A DNA stretch of 64,000 bases from a virus (taxonomy: Duplodnaviria > Heunggongvirae > Uroviricota > Caudoviricetes). The stretch lies in IMG/VR virus record IMGVR_UViG_3300021255_002251; one strand, written 5' to 3'. Position 1 is the stretch's first letter. Each line of letters starts with the position of its first letter. A program made the position numbers and the translations under genes. The notes under the pieces were generated by a model that saw only the letters and a list, made by a program, of their open reading frames with translations, ran no database searches and was not told where the DNA came from. Positions 33,901-41,038 of this stretch are shown piece by piece.

Positions 33901-35372
33901 AGTATCTTCTTATTTTTATCAACCCGGATCCCGTCATCTATATCCATCTGTATCATTTTCATTGCTTTAGAAAGACTCCCCCAATGTTCTAAAGCCTTTG
34001 ATGCATCTATCTCTACTGTATCTTTTGGTTGCCTACCTTGTTTAGTTATAACGGCAGAGAAGGTCAGATATGCTTCATCGATCTTTCGCTCTAATGTTTT
34101 TTGTCTTGCTAATTTAGCATATCCTTCTGCAACCTCTTTTTTATTACTCCCATAAAGTCCCCATCCATAAACCTGATTCCCTTCCCCAGTTCCTATTGCC
34201 AATAAACTCGGCTTGTCATAGTTCGCCGCACTCCCCGTGAATATGTGCGAAATCCCCATTGGCTTTGGAGGCTGCACTTTCGCTTCTTCTTTTCCATTTT
34301 CTTGCTTCCCAGACACATCACCGCGAATGTCGTCACCATCGTCAAAACGGCGGGACAGAGGAACGACCTTACCGTCATCATCATACGTCACAGGGTCAGC
34401 AGACTTTATTTTACTCGGGTCCCAGAGTGCAATAGACTTACCCCCTTCATCTCTTACCATGAAACTATCATGTCCATTATCTATAGCTATTGCTTTACTA
34501 TATTGATCAGGGCCTAAATCATGCCCTTTATAATACCCTCCCCAAGCGCTCCAGTCTGGTACAGATTGGAATCTCCTTTGTGAGATTGTTGGAAGAGGCT
34601 GCTTTTTATATGTTCCATCGTTCTCATTCCACCCAGCACCATATGCTATAGACAATGCTTCATGATATGCATCTTGTTCTTCTTTCGGAAGCATCACCTC
34701 TTGTTGTCTAAGTTCTTCCATTTCGCTTTCAGTTTGAACGAAGTCTGGTAGATTATCATAAAATTCTCTTGCCTCCTTATCTGGAGAAACATTATGAATG
34801 CTTCTGCAATTCAAAAATACAGGAATTATATGAAACTTATTGACTTTGCTATCTTCAGGCCGAGGCTGCTCTCCATACCTTTCGTTTGCACCTGCTATAG
34901 CTCCATCTCTCGCACCTTCTTCTGTAGGAGCAAAAAATATACTACCTCTACTAGGGACAATGAATTTTTTTATGTCACTGCTAGTACCATGATAAAAAAT
35001 CTTTGGATTACCTTTTTCGTCTACAACTATGGTTTCAGGAAATGCCCTAGCCGCCACTTCCATAACCATTTTGGCGGCGGTCTCCATGTCCCCCTTCTCT
35101 ACTGCTTCAATGTAGGCGGCATCCTCTTCTGGGGTGACTATGGGTTTCTTCAATGGTTTTTCGGTAGCTATACTTTCTTTCGGGGCGGAATTAGGATTTT
35201 CAATATCCGCCTTGTCAGATTCAGTCTCTTTAGAAAGTCTCTCCCTAAACTTGCATGTGTCCGTTTCAGGATTGAATCCATGTGGGTGCTTTTCCTTGTC
35301 GTGTTCAGCCAAAGACTTTTCTTTAGGCATAGCATCAGAAACATATGTCTCGCCTAACAAGGCAGACACCAA
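30963..35372 (-). CDS. Polyvalent protein: ART-PolyVal-like x2, further ART-like module, MuF-C/PBECR-like domain, zincin-like HExxGH
   Basis: VDEKGNPKIFYHGT and VADDGLPKIVFHNT followed by (I/V)KSADPVTYDD.G.V.PLSRRFD; IGTGEGNQVYGWGLY; TPAVLRRLG..DNPVAVFDS..NTIASAYG..WIDEGYLRY; DTIGHELCGH. No ATG or clear RBS at the track start, so the true start is probably via frameshift from 35399..36079. Confidence 0.85.
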   Translation of the reverse strand: MVSALLGETYVSDAMPKEKSLAEHDKEKHPHGFNPETDTCKFRERLSKETESDKADIENPNSAPKESIATEKPLKKPIVTPEEDAAYIEAVEKGDMETAAKMVMEVAARAFPETIVVDEKGNPKIFYHGTSSDIKKFIVPSRGSIFFAPTEEGARDGAIAGANERYGEQPRPEDSKVNKFHIIPVFLNCRSIHNVSPDKEAREFYDNLPDFVQTESEMEELRQQEVMLPKEEQDAYHEALSIAYGAGWNENDGTYKKQPLPTISQRRFQSVPDWSAWGGYYKGHDLGPDQYSKAIAIDNGHDSFMVRDEGGKSIALWDPSKIKSADPVTYDDDGKVVPLSRRFDDGDDIRGDVSGKQENGKEEAKVQPPKPMGISHIFTGSAANYDKPSLLAIGTGEGNQVYGWGLYGSNKKEVAEGYAKLARQKTLERKIDEAYLTFSAVITKQGRQPKDTVEIDASKALEHWGSLSKAMKMIQMDIDDGIRVDKNKKILQELKDHGHEYDMPHEWIYEQTFFTNRPEGDESHLLSWYDPISEDNKKRAIEAIVNPFLEKLKGSGKYNEEKRQKLIDAWQQQIGERTGEELYRFMVSHFGTPKDASIALANSGIDGIKYPVDSYKKPIKDGNEVGWDYVSFRNDNIRIDKKYVDGQKMFDYQELMNKHHSDIDPMAILAYLTRLDSPEEMAAEFARIMESGKIEKDKTAQDELYEALVEDADTLKDQTLQEHDRRHHPGGYHEGDTCKFRNKLKTETETDKADELSKENSSRKNLAKIANKLKSFIKGVSIRFSDKPHEMDSSNTRKSIRQSEQDNWNRILDAFEHKTAGADATRHHTLLEHTPAVLRRLGVPDRPITIMGGTIHKMIGNIRNSLYEYHEIPISELRNLLLDLDNPVAVFDSKSDPNAIVILTNLLDKHGNAKSVVPLKLDREASGTARENTIASAYGQKPDNLQQWIDEGYLRYVSKKGLKKSAQRLQLPRDSILKTHGVLMEEDFSAEQLGEIIPDMPSGVKGGDEKKGESGEVISFRDNNGEVVGTYNRNTNEVVLYEGADADTIGHELCGHATWQYAEQMARNGNDSLLKKMNEVVDSPTAKPVWDEVKANYEGEDKEVQREEVWAHIIGHKTSKAIEEINKSRGGRRWYQRFWGVVKEAWRGLVSAAGLNNVDTSGIDQMSTDEFSDFMVKQMTSGKTLGSISKGEKREDGGERKSIVKKPIVSAAEDAAYMEAVKKGDMETAAKMVREVAGRAFPNTKVVADDGLPKIVFHNTDSSWTVPAVPWEGPIEWDGLPGLFFADREQPQYGKNKISCFVNLMNPLDMNDGGRKALHGRSSDRIDEFTKQYEDAIKTGENEFEFGDDGVLKITPKGMSLLKYDGYFGEHPEDEMGKVIEYAVMSARQVKSADPVTYDDNGNVIPLSRRFDSGDDIRGDVSGASSFIDMMKRLHPDVNPDELLSKLKSLGSREEMERAVAQILGAKST
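31095..35150 (-). repeat. Duplicated cassette flanks in the polyvalent gene (cassette 1 about 34305-35150; cassette 2 about 31095-31765)
   Basis: KKPIV...EDAAY.EAV.KGDMETAAKMV.EVA.RAFP and KSADPVTYDD.G.V.PLSRRFD.GDDIRGDVSG each occur twice around divergent cores. Confidence 0.9.
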
Positions 35373-35398
35373 TTCGTCGCTAACTCTCTTTTCAGAAG

Positions 35399-36079
35399 CT
35401 ACTTTTTTTTTTCGTCTACAGCAGAACCATTCATCTGCTTGTCTTCGTTCTGAAGATAATTTAGCGCTACAGAAAGGGCGGTATCATACTTCTCATCGGT
35501 CTTTTGTTCATCTTCTCCGCCGTCCTTATCTTCTTGATTCGATTCTGTGGCCGATTCCTTCCATTCTGGCGGCTTCTCTTCTGCTGGGGGTGCATCTGTG
35601 CCCCCTTCGTTTTGCGGCTGCTCCTGTGCCTCTTCAATGGATTCCGTATTAGTCTGCTCTTCTCCGTCCTTAGTCTCTTCCGTCTGTTCTGACGATACTT
35701 CTGAGGTTCCAGTCTGTTCGCCGCCATCTCCATCTGCTCCCCCAGTCCCATCTTTCTCAAACCTCAATGTACCAGTTGGCTGCTGTCCGCCATTTATCTT
35801 ATCAAGAAGCTCCTGATAGTGCTTGATTGCATTCTCCTTATCGCTATTGTCAATAAGATACTGCAAATCTTCCGCCGTCATTGACTTCTCATATTCGTCC
35901 CTCAAATCACGATACTCCTGAAAGTCTTCTGGCTTGAACTGGTCATGAAACTTTGAGAAGTAAAATGAAATAGCAAGCCGCTCCATTGCTCCACCTGGGG
36001 CATTCATGAAAATGTCCTTCCAAGTCGGGTTCTGCATGAACTCCATTACGGCTTCGGTGACTTTATTAGGGTCAATCAT
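35399..36079 (-). CDS. Hypothetical protein, probable N-terminal part of the polyvalent protein
   Basis: Conserved-looking N-terminus (NPTWKDIFMNAPGG..RLAISFYFS) plus an acidic tail; ends GAA AAA AAA AAG TAG. Confidence 0.7.
   Translation of the reverse strand: MIDPNKVTEAVMEFMQNPTWKDIFMNAPGGAMERLAISFYFSKFHDQFKPEDFQEYRDLRDEYEKSMTAEDLQYLIDNSDKENAIKHYQELLDKINGGQQPTGTLRFEKDGTGGADGDGGEQTGTSEVSSEQTEETKDGEEQTNTESIEEAQEQPQNEGGTDAPPAEEKPPEWKESATESNQEDKDGGEDEQKTDEKYDTALSVALNYLQNEDKQMNGSAVDEKKK
35402..35412 (-). other. A10 run / A AAA AAG slippery site
   Basis: The -1 frame from the run (AAA AAA AAA GTA GCT TCT GAA AAG AGA GTT AGC GAC GAA TTG GTG) is open and is the frame of 30963..35372. Confidence 0.7.
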
Positions 36080-36161
36080 GTGCAATTTCCTTCCGAAAAG
36101 ACTAGACTCTTTCCTAGGAATTGCCTAGATGGTAAAACCTCCTCTCTAGTAGTAAAGACAC

Positions 36162-36194
36162 AAAAAACCGCTCCCCGATTGGCAGGGGAGCGGT
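36162..36194 (-). terminator. Intrinsic terminator after dnaN
   Basis: Minus strand accgctcccc-tgccaatc-ggggagcggt followed by ttttt. Confidence 0.9.
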
Positions 36195-36227
36195 AGGATT
36201 GGCAAAGAAAGAATTGTTCTTTGGAAG

Positions 36228-37337
36228 TTAGACCCTAAGAGGCATCACCACATAGGTGTAGTCGTCGGAATCGCTCTTGCGAATCACGGCAGGCGCACCC
36301 GCTGCGGTAATCTTCATCACAATCTCATCCTCATCCATCGCCATGAGCGCATCGCGGACATACTGCGGATTGAAGCGCATGTCGATGGTGTCTCCGTCGT
36401 ACTTCACGGGAATCTCATCGTGCGAAGAGCCGAACTCGGTATCGCCCGAATTGAGCACGAGGTTGTTATCCCCGAACGTGAGCACGACGCATGGAGAATC
36501 CGTTGCGGAGGTGAACACGGAAATGCGGTCGAGCGCACCGAGGAATTCCACTCGGTTCATGGTCACGCTACTGCCGTCAGCCTTGGGAACAACCTGCATG
36601 TAGTTCGGATAGACCTCATCGAGGAGCTTCGTGATTACGATGAGCCGAGGCGTCTTGACGAGCAACTGTCCCTTCGCCGTGACGAGTTCCGCATTGCCCT
36701 CCTTCGGGAGCTTCTTTGAAAGCATATCAACCGCCTTGCGGGGAATGATATACTGTCCGGTGAAGCCCTTCGTGTTCTCGATGCTACAGTCTAGCATTGC
36801 GAGACGCCGCCCGTCCGTGCCAACAGCCTTGACGATTCCCTCACCCTCCTTGAAGTCGAGAAGGACGCCTGACAGCGTACGGCGGGTATCGTCCTGACTC
36901 ACGGCGAAAGCCGTCTTACGGAGCATTTCGCGGATTGCATTGCTCTCGATTGTGCAGGTTGCTCCATCGGGTGCCGGAATGGACGGAAACTCCTTGGCCG
37001 CAAGCCCCTTGAACTTGAACACGGAAGCCCCTGCGGTGATTGTGGAGCAGTCCTGACCGTCAACGGAGATTTCAATAGTCCCGTCTACGACCTTTCCAAC
37101 CGCTGCGGCAAACGGCTTGACGGGGATTGTGGTAGCGCCAGGCTCCAGAATCTCGCACTCAGCATTTGCAACTAGGGTCACGTCCAAGTCGGAGCAGGTA
37201 AACTTCACCTCTCCGTCCTTTGCTTCCACCTTCACGTTCTGCAGAACTTGCAGAGCGCCCTTTGAGCCGACCACGGCCTGTACGTTGTTCAATGCCTCCG
37301 ATAGGGAGGCCTTGCTTATTTTTATGTGCATATTCAC
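36228..37337 (-). CDS. dnaN: DNA polymerase III beta sliding clamp
   Basis: 369 aa; SDLD, FAVSQDDTRRTLSGV, AVGTDGRRLA, YPNY..VVP, FNPQYV.DAL, YVVMPLRV. Confidence 0.96.
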   Translation of the reverse strand: MNMHIKISKASLSEALNNVQAVVGSKGALQVLQNVKVEAKDGEVKFTCSDLDVTLVANAECEILEPGATTIPVKPFAAAVGKVVDGTIEISVDGQDCSTITAGASVFKFKGLAAKEFPSIPAPDGATCTIESNAIREMLRKTAFAVSQDDTRRTLSGVLLDFKEGEGIVKAVGTDGRRLAMLDCSIENTKGFTGQYIIPRKAVDMLSKKLPKEGNAELVTAKGQLLVKTPRLIVITKLLDEVYPNYMQVVPKADGSSVTMNRVEFLGALDRISVFTSATDSPCVVLTFGDNNLVLNSGDTEFGSSHDEIPVKYDGDTIDMRFNPQYVRDALMAMDEDEIVMKITAAGAPAVIRKSDSDDYTYVVMPLRV

Positions 37338-37386
37338 TCTTGTTTACCTTTCTTTGTTTTCCAAAGATGACTCTAAATCCAACTAG

Positions 37387-37416
37387 ATTATACCACACCT
37401 CCTGTTAGGCTTTCAA
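37387..37416 (-). promoter_or_regulatory. Sigma70-type promoter for dnaN
   Basis: TTGAAA-N18-TATAAT with TGTGG extended -10. Confidence 0.8.
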
Positions 37417-37433
37417 TGGGGTGTGGAAGAAAA

Positions 37434-37985
37434 TTATCGCTTGTACCTTACGTCCCCTTTGAGCCATTTCTTGAAGCGGGCAAAAAATCCTTCCTTGCCC
37501 TGTTCCGTTTGTTGCTTCCTAAATCCTATAGGCTCATCATTGTCTCCATCCGATTCCTCGGAAAACAGATTCCTAGAAGGATTATGGCTTGGGCTAGGAT
37601 TTGCCTTTAGAGAATTCCGCAAGGCATCCCTTGTCTCTAGCATCTCATTAGTCGAATTCTCTAGCGCATCTCTCCGTTGCCTATCCTCTTCCTTCGCAAA
37701 AAGATTCTTGTTGCACGGCATTCCCATGTAATGCTCTAAGAATTCCTCATCTGTCAGAATCGTGATTTCTATCCCCTCATCTACCGCATACTCATACCCT
37801 CTATGAATGAAAGTCCTAATCTTGCCTCCTGGGGTGTTGCAGTAGTTTATGGAATCCAGAATGTCCTTTATCAAGGCACATCCGATGCTGTTGTTATCCA
37901 CCGCTACCTTGCAATACTTGAAACCCATGTCCATTGCGTTTGTGAGTTTCGCCTTTACTCCCTTGACTGTCTTTATCATCTTCAT
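37434..37985 (-). CDS. Hypothetical protein
   Basis: 183-aa ORF with RBS, in the minus-strand gene run. Confidence 0.6.
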   Translation of the reverse strand: MKMIKTVKGVKAKLTNAMDMGFKYCKVAVDNNSIGCALIKDILDSINYCNTPGGKIRTFIHRGYEYAVDEGIEITILTDEEFLEHYMGMPCNKNLFAKEEDRQRRDALENSTNEMLETRDALRNSLKANPSPSHNPSRNLFSEESDGDNDEPIGFRKQQTEQGKEGFFARFKKWLKGDVRYKR

Positions 37986-38005
37986 TGTCCTTGCTTCGTT
38001 CTTCT

Positions 38006-39160
38006 TTAAGCCAATTCAGGGATCTCTATCCTAAACCGAGGAATCTCTTGCGGAGCTCTAGGCGGTTTTCTTCCTGCGGCAATATGCGCATTAATCTCAT
38101 TCCTCATCGTCTGCGCAACTTCGCATTTTGGATTCATTGAAAGAGCCTTATCTAACAAAGAGAGAGCTTCGCCCCATTCTCCAACATAGAACTTTGCCTC
38201 CGCAAGGCATACAATCGGGTGCTCCGTCCAGGCATCCAATGAGAAGAAAGGATAATCCAGTTCTGGCTTATCTATTGCTAGACATCTGTTCAGCACATCT
38301 ATAGCCGTCCTATACTCCTTCTTTTTAATGAGAAGCATTCCAAGAATGAAAGGTGCATCCCTATCCTTTGGGTTCTCATTCATCGCTTTCCAAAGCCACA
38401 ATTCCTTTGCATTTTCAAAACCTAGATTCCCATAGCAGTCAGACATGAACTTCATGCTTGCGGCACGTTCTGACTTCCAAGTTGCATCAATGCTTTCAAG
38501 ATGATTTTTGAACCATTCAATAGCATCTTCATACTTCTTGTTCTGGAGGTATTCCCTCCCTAGCAGGTGCTTGTTTCTCGCTTCGCAGTTCGGGTCTCTG
38601 CACTCCGCCTCTAGCATTGGAAGATACTTGCCATGCTCATGCCTCATGGGGCGGCTCTGCATCTCAAACTTCGGATAGTAGATGAAGTTCTTTTCCGTCG
38701 TGTGCTCTATGTACTCATGTATTCGGCACTTCCAATACCATCCGTCAGGAGTGTGTATGCTATGCCGCAGGAACTTCTGCAAAGGAACTTCATCCCCATA
38801 CCATACGGAATAAGTGAAGAGTATCGCATTCGGCTTGCGCTCGCTTTTCTTCCCTAGTTCCCAAGCCCTTTCAACCTTCTTCTTCCATCCCTTTTCAATC
38901 ACATCGTCCATGTCGCAGCCAAAGAGAAGATCGGCTTTATGGCAACACATCTTCATCGCTTCGTTTCGGGCAACGTCGAACCTGAAATCCTTGTATGTCT
39001 TCTCTACTACTTTCGCTCCGAGCCGCCGAAGTGTTTCAGCCGTCTTGTCGGTGCTGTTGTTCACTAGGACGCAGATTTCATCCGCCTCCTTGAAGCAGTT
39101 GTACCACCTTTCGGCTACCTGCTCTTCGTTCTTGGCTATCGTGTAGACAGAAACGAACAT
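38006..39160 (-). CDS. GT2 glycosyltransferase with C-terminal TPR repeats
   Basis: Start MFVSVYTIAKNEE (TAATG-coupled at 39160); FRFDVARNEA; DxD in GCDMDD; RIHEYI; TPR-like LLGREY..YEDAIEWF, APFILGMLL. Confidence 0.88.
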   Translation of the reverse strand: MFVSVYTIAKNEEQVAERWYNCFKEADEICVLVNNSTDKTAETLRRLGAKVVEKTYKDFRFDVARNEAMKMCCHKADLLFGCDMDDVIEKGWKKKVERAWELGKKSERKPNAILFTYSVWYGDEVPLQKFLRHSIHTPDGWYWKCRIHEYIEHTTEKNFIYYPKFEMQSRPMRHEHGKYLPMLEAECRDPNCEARNKHLLGREYLQNKKYEDAIEWFKNHLESIDATWKSERAASMKFMSDCYGNLGFENAKELWLWKAMNENPKDRDAPFILGMLLIKKKEYRTAIDVLNRCLAIDKPELDYPFFSLDAWTEHPIVCLAEAKFYVGEWGEALSLLDKALSMNPKCEVAQTMRNEINAHIAAGRKPPRAPQEIPRFRIEIPELA

Positions 39161-39585
39161 TAGCCAAGCACCTTGTCGCAGATGGTGTCCTTGCAGAACG
39201 CACAGACCTTTTCGGTATGCTTGGAATATCCGAAGTTTGCCAAGTCTATAGCATAGAAGATATCTCCGTATGCGAGAACGTTTCCGCAGACTCCGCACTT
39301 CTCGCTTCCCGTATCGTCTGTACAGGCGCTTCTCTTCGTGAATGTGAGAGATGTCTTGCCGACATTCTTTCTAGTAGTTTTGGAAAGGTGTTCGCCTATC
39401 TCGGCAATAGCCATGCCCAATGGTGAGACATCTCCAATTGCTCTCTTCTTCATCTGGGGCTGCTCTTCTTTAGCCTGTGGCTTTGCCTCTTCCCTTGGCT
39501 TGATGCAGACGGCTAGTCCGCCATTCCGTCTCGCTTCTTCTATTCCCCGCTCAACGCTTCCGGTTTTCAATGGTTCTTGTGGCAT
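39160..39585 (-). CDS. Hypothetical protein with CxxC...CxxC
   Basis: KCGVCG...VCAFCKD; first gene after a promoter. Confidence 0.6.
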   Translation of the reverse strand: MPQEPLKTGSVERGIEEARRNGGLAVCIKPREEAKPQAKEEQPQMKKRAIGDVSPLGMAIAEIGEHLSKTTRKNVGKTSLTFTKRSACTDDTGSEKCGVCGNVLAYGDIFYAIDLANFGYSKHTEKVCAFCKDTICDKVLG

Positions 39586-39612
39586 CGCTCTGGTTCTCCT
39601 TGGACAGGCGAT

Positions 39613-39642
39613 ATTTTACCACACAATTATGGCGGCTTGCAA
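39613..39642 (-). promoter_or_regulatory. Sigma70-type promoter
   Basis: CCCCTC TTGCAA-N18-TAAAAT with TGTGG extended -10. Confidence 0.75.
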
Positions 39643-39658
39643 GAGGGGGAGAAGAAAA

Positions 39659-40645
39659 TTACGGATTTTCACTCATAACAGACTTCGCAAACCTCATAAA
39701 CGTCGGCATGAAGCACATCTTGATAAATGCGGCATAAGGATAATCCAATTCCGAAACGCATGAGTTCATGCACTGGAATATGGCATTCGCTCCCATATCC
39801 GTCATTCGTCTTACCATGCCTCTAGCGCATCGCATTATGTATTGAGCCTCAATGCTTCCGTTCTCCGTGCAGTTTTCTGCATACGGAGCAAACTGGCAGA
39901 GCGAAATGATAACGGAAAACATGCTCGCAAAGTGCTTCCGTTCGTTACCCTTTGTCATGGTAATCGTATTGACATGAGCACGTCTCTTAAGAAGCACCTT
40001 GTCTATGCACATGGCCTTGTCTGCGAGATAAAGCCAAGCAACCGAATAATAGTTGTCCCCATGATAGAATGCATTGCACTTCGGAATTGGCTTGTCAAGC
40101 AGAGTTCTTTTGAAGAGCCTTGTCTGGAAAGCGACAAAGAAAGATTTAGCCTTGATAAGGTCGTAAAACAACTGCTTCCCAGTCTCCACCATGTTGCAGC
40201 AACCACTGTCAATCTGGAAATGGGCAGCAAGCCTATCTTTGGTGTTTTTCTCGCTTTCCGTATGCTTCTCATTGTTGAAGACTTCGGGCGTGAAGATGAT
40301 AGTGTCCAAATCATACTTTGTGCAGAGCGAATAGCATACCTCATAGCAATCTGGCGTCACTATGTCATCGGAATCCATGAAATGAACATACTCACCCTTT
40401 GCTTCCGATAGCCCTGTCCATCTCGCCTCATAAGGCCCTTTATGCTGGCAGCGGACCATCTTCACGTTCGGATAGGATTTCCAAGTTTCTTCCAGAAGGT
40501 CTTTCGTTGAATCAGAAGACCCGTCATCCACCAGAATAACCTCAATGTCATTCAATGTCGAAGCAAGAACAGAGCGAATACATTCACCGACATACTGCTT
40601 CCGATTGTAGCAAGGTATGACAACAGAAATCTTTGGAGTGTTCAT
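39659..40645 (-). CDS. GT2 glycosyltransferase
   Basis: PKISVVIPCYN..YVGECIRSVL...IEVILVDDGSSD...AR..GL..AKGEYVHFMDSDD. Confidence 0.93.
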   Translation of the reverse strand: MNTPKISVVIPCYNRKQYVGECIRSVLASTLNDIEVILVDDGSSDSTKDLLEETWKSYPNVKMVRCQHKGPYEARWTGLSEAKGEYVHFMDSDDIVTPDCYEVCYSLCTKYDLDTIIFTPEVFNNEKHTESEKNTKDRLAAHFQIDSGCCNMVETGKQLFYDLIKAKSFFVAFQTRLFKRTLLDKPIPKCNAFYHGDNYYSVAWLYLADKAMCIDKVLLKRRAHVNTITMTKGNERKHFASMFSVIISLCQFAPYAENCTENGSIEAQYIMRCARGMVRRMTDMGANAIFQCMNSCVSELDYPYAAFIKMCFMPTFMRFAKSVMSENP

Positions 40646-40681
40646 CTTTTGCCTTTTATTTGCCCCTTTTCTGAAAAGCCA

Positions 40682-41038
40682 CTACTTTTTTGCCTTCTTG
40701 AAAGCGTCGATGGCATCAGACACCTTCTTTATGATTCCGTCGAGTTCCGTCTCGTTCACCTCGAAGTCCTCCAATGCCTCGGTAAGTTCCTCAATCGCCG
40801 CGAGAATCGCATTGAGTTTTTCCTTGCGGTCTTCGGACAGGTCTTCGGAGTGGTTCTCGATGATAGCACGGAGGAAAGCATAGGTAGCCTGTGCATCCCG
40901 GAGATACTTCGCACCAACCTCCTTGTTCGGAATCTTTCCGAGAACCTGCACGTTGAACAGATTGAGGACATACTTTATCAGTCCAGATAGCCCTCCAGTG
41001 AGAAGAGAAAGAGCCGCCTTGATTTTGCTGATGTTCAT
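40682..41038 (-). CDS. Hypothetical helical protein (possible lysis-related)
   Basis: 118 aa, hydrophobic N-terminus, basic C-terminus. Confidence 0.5.
   Translation of the reverse strand: MNISKIKAALSLLTGGLSGLIKYVLNLFNVQVLGKIPNKEVGAKYLRDAQATYAFLRAIIENHSEDLSEDRKEKLNAILAAIEELTEALEDFEVNETELDGIIKKVSDAIDAFKKAKK

Noticed and set aside
31095-35150. Diversity-generating retroelement (TR/VR pair) from the duplicated cassette flanks
   Set aside because: No reverse transcriptase in the window, both copies are in-frame coding, and the differences are not restricted to adenines.
36086-36160. Late promoter upstream of the cargo/virion operon (TTTACT-N16-TACCAT, CTAG-rich)
   Set aside because: Weak match with a short spacer; a promoter is likely here but I cannot define it.
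39161-39298. ORF-track N-terminal extensions (also 13461-13547, 42207-42314, 53833-53877, 58700-58762, 60378-60416)
   Set aside because: They overlap upstream genes, terminators or promoters; downstream ATGs with an RBS or stop-start coupling fit better.
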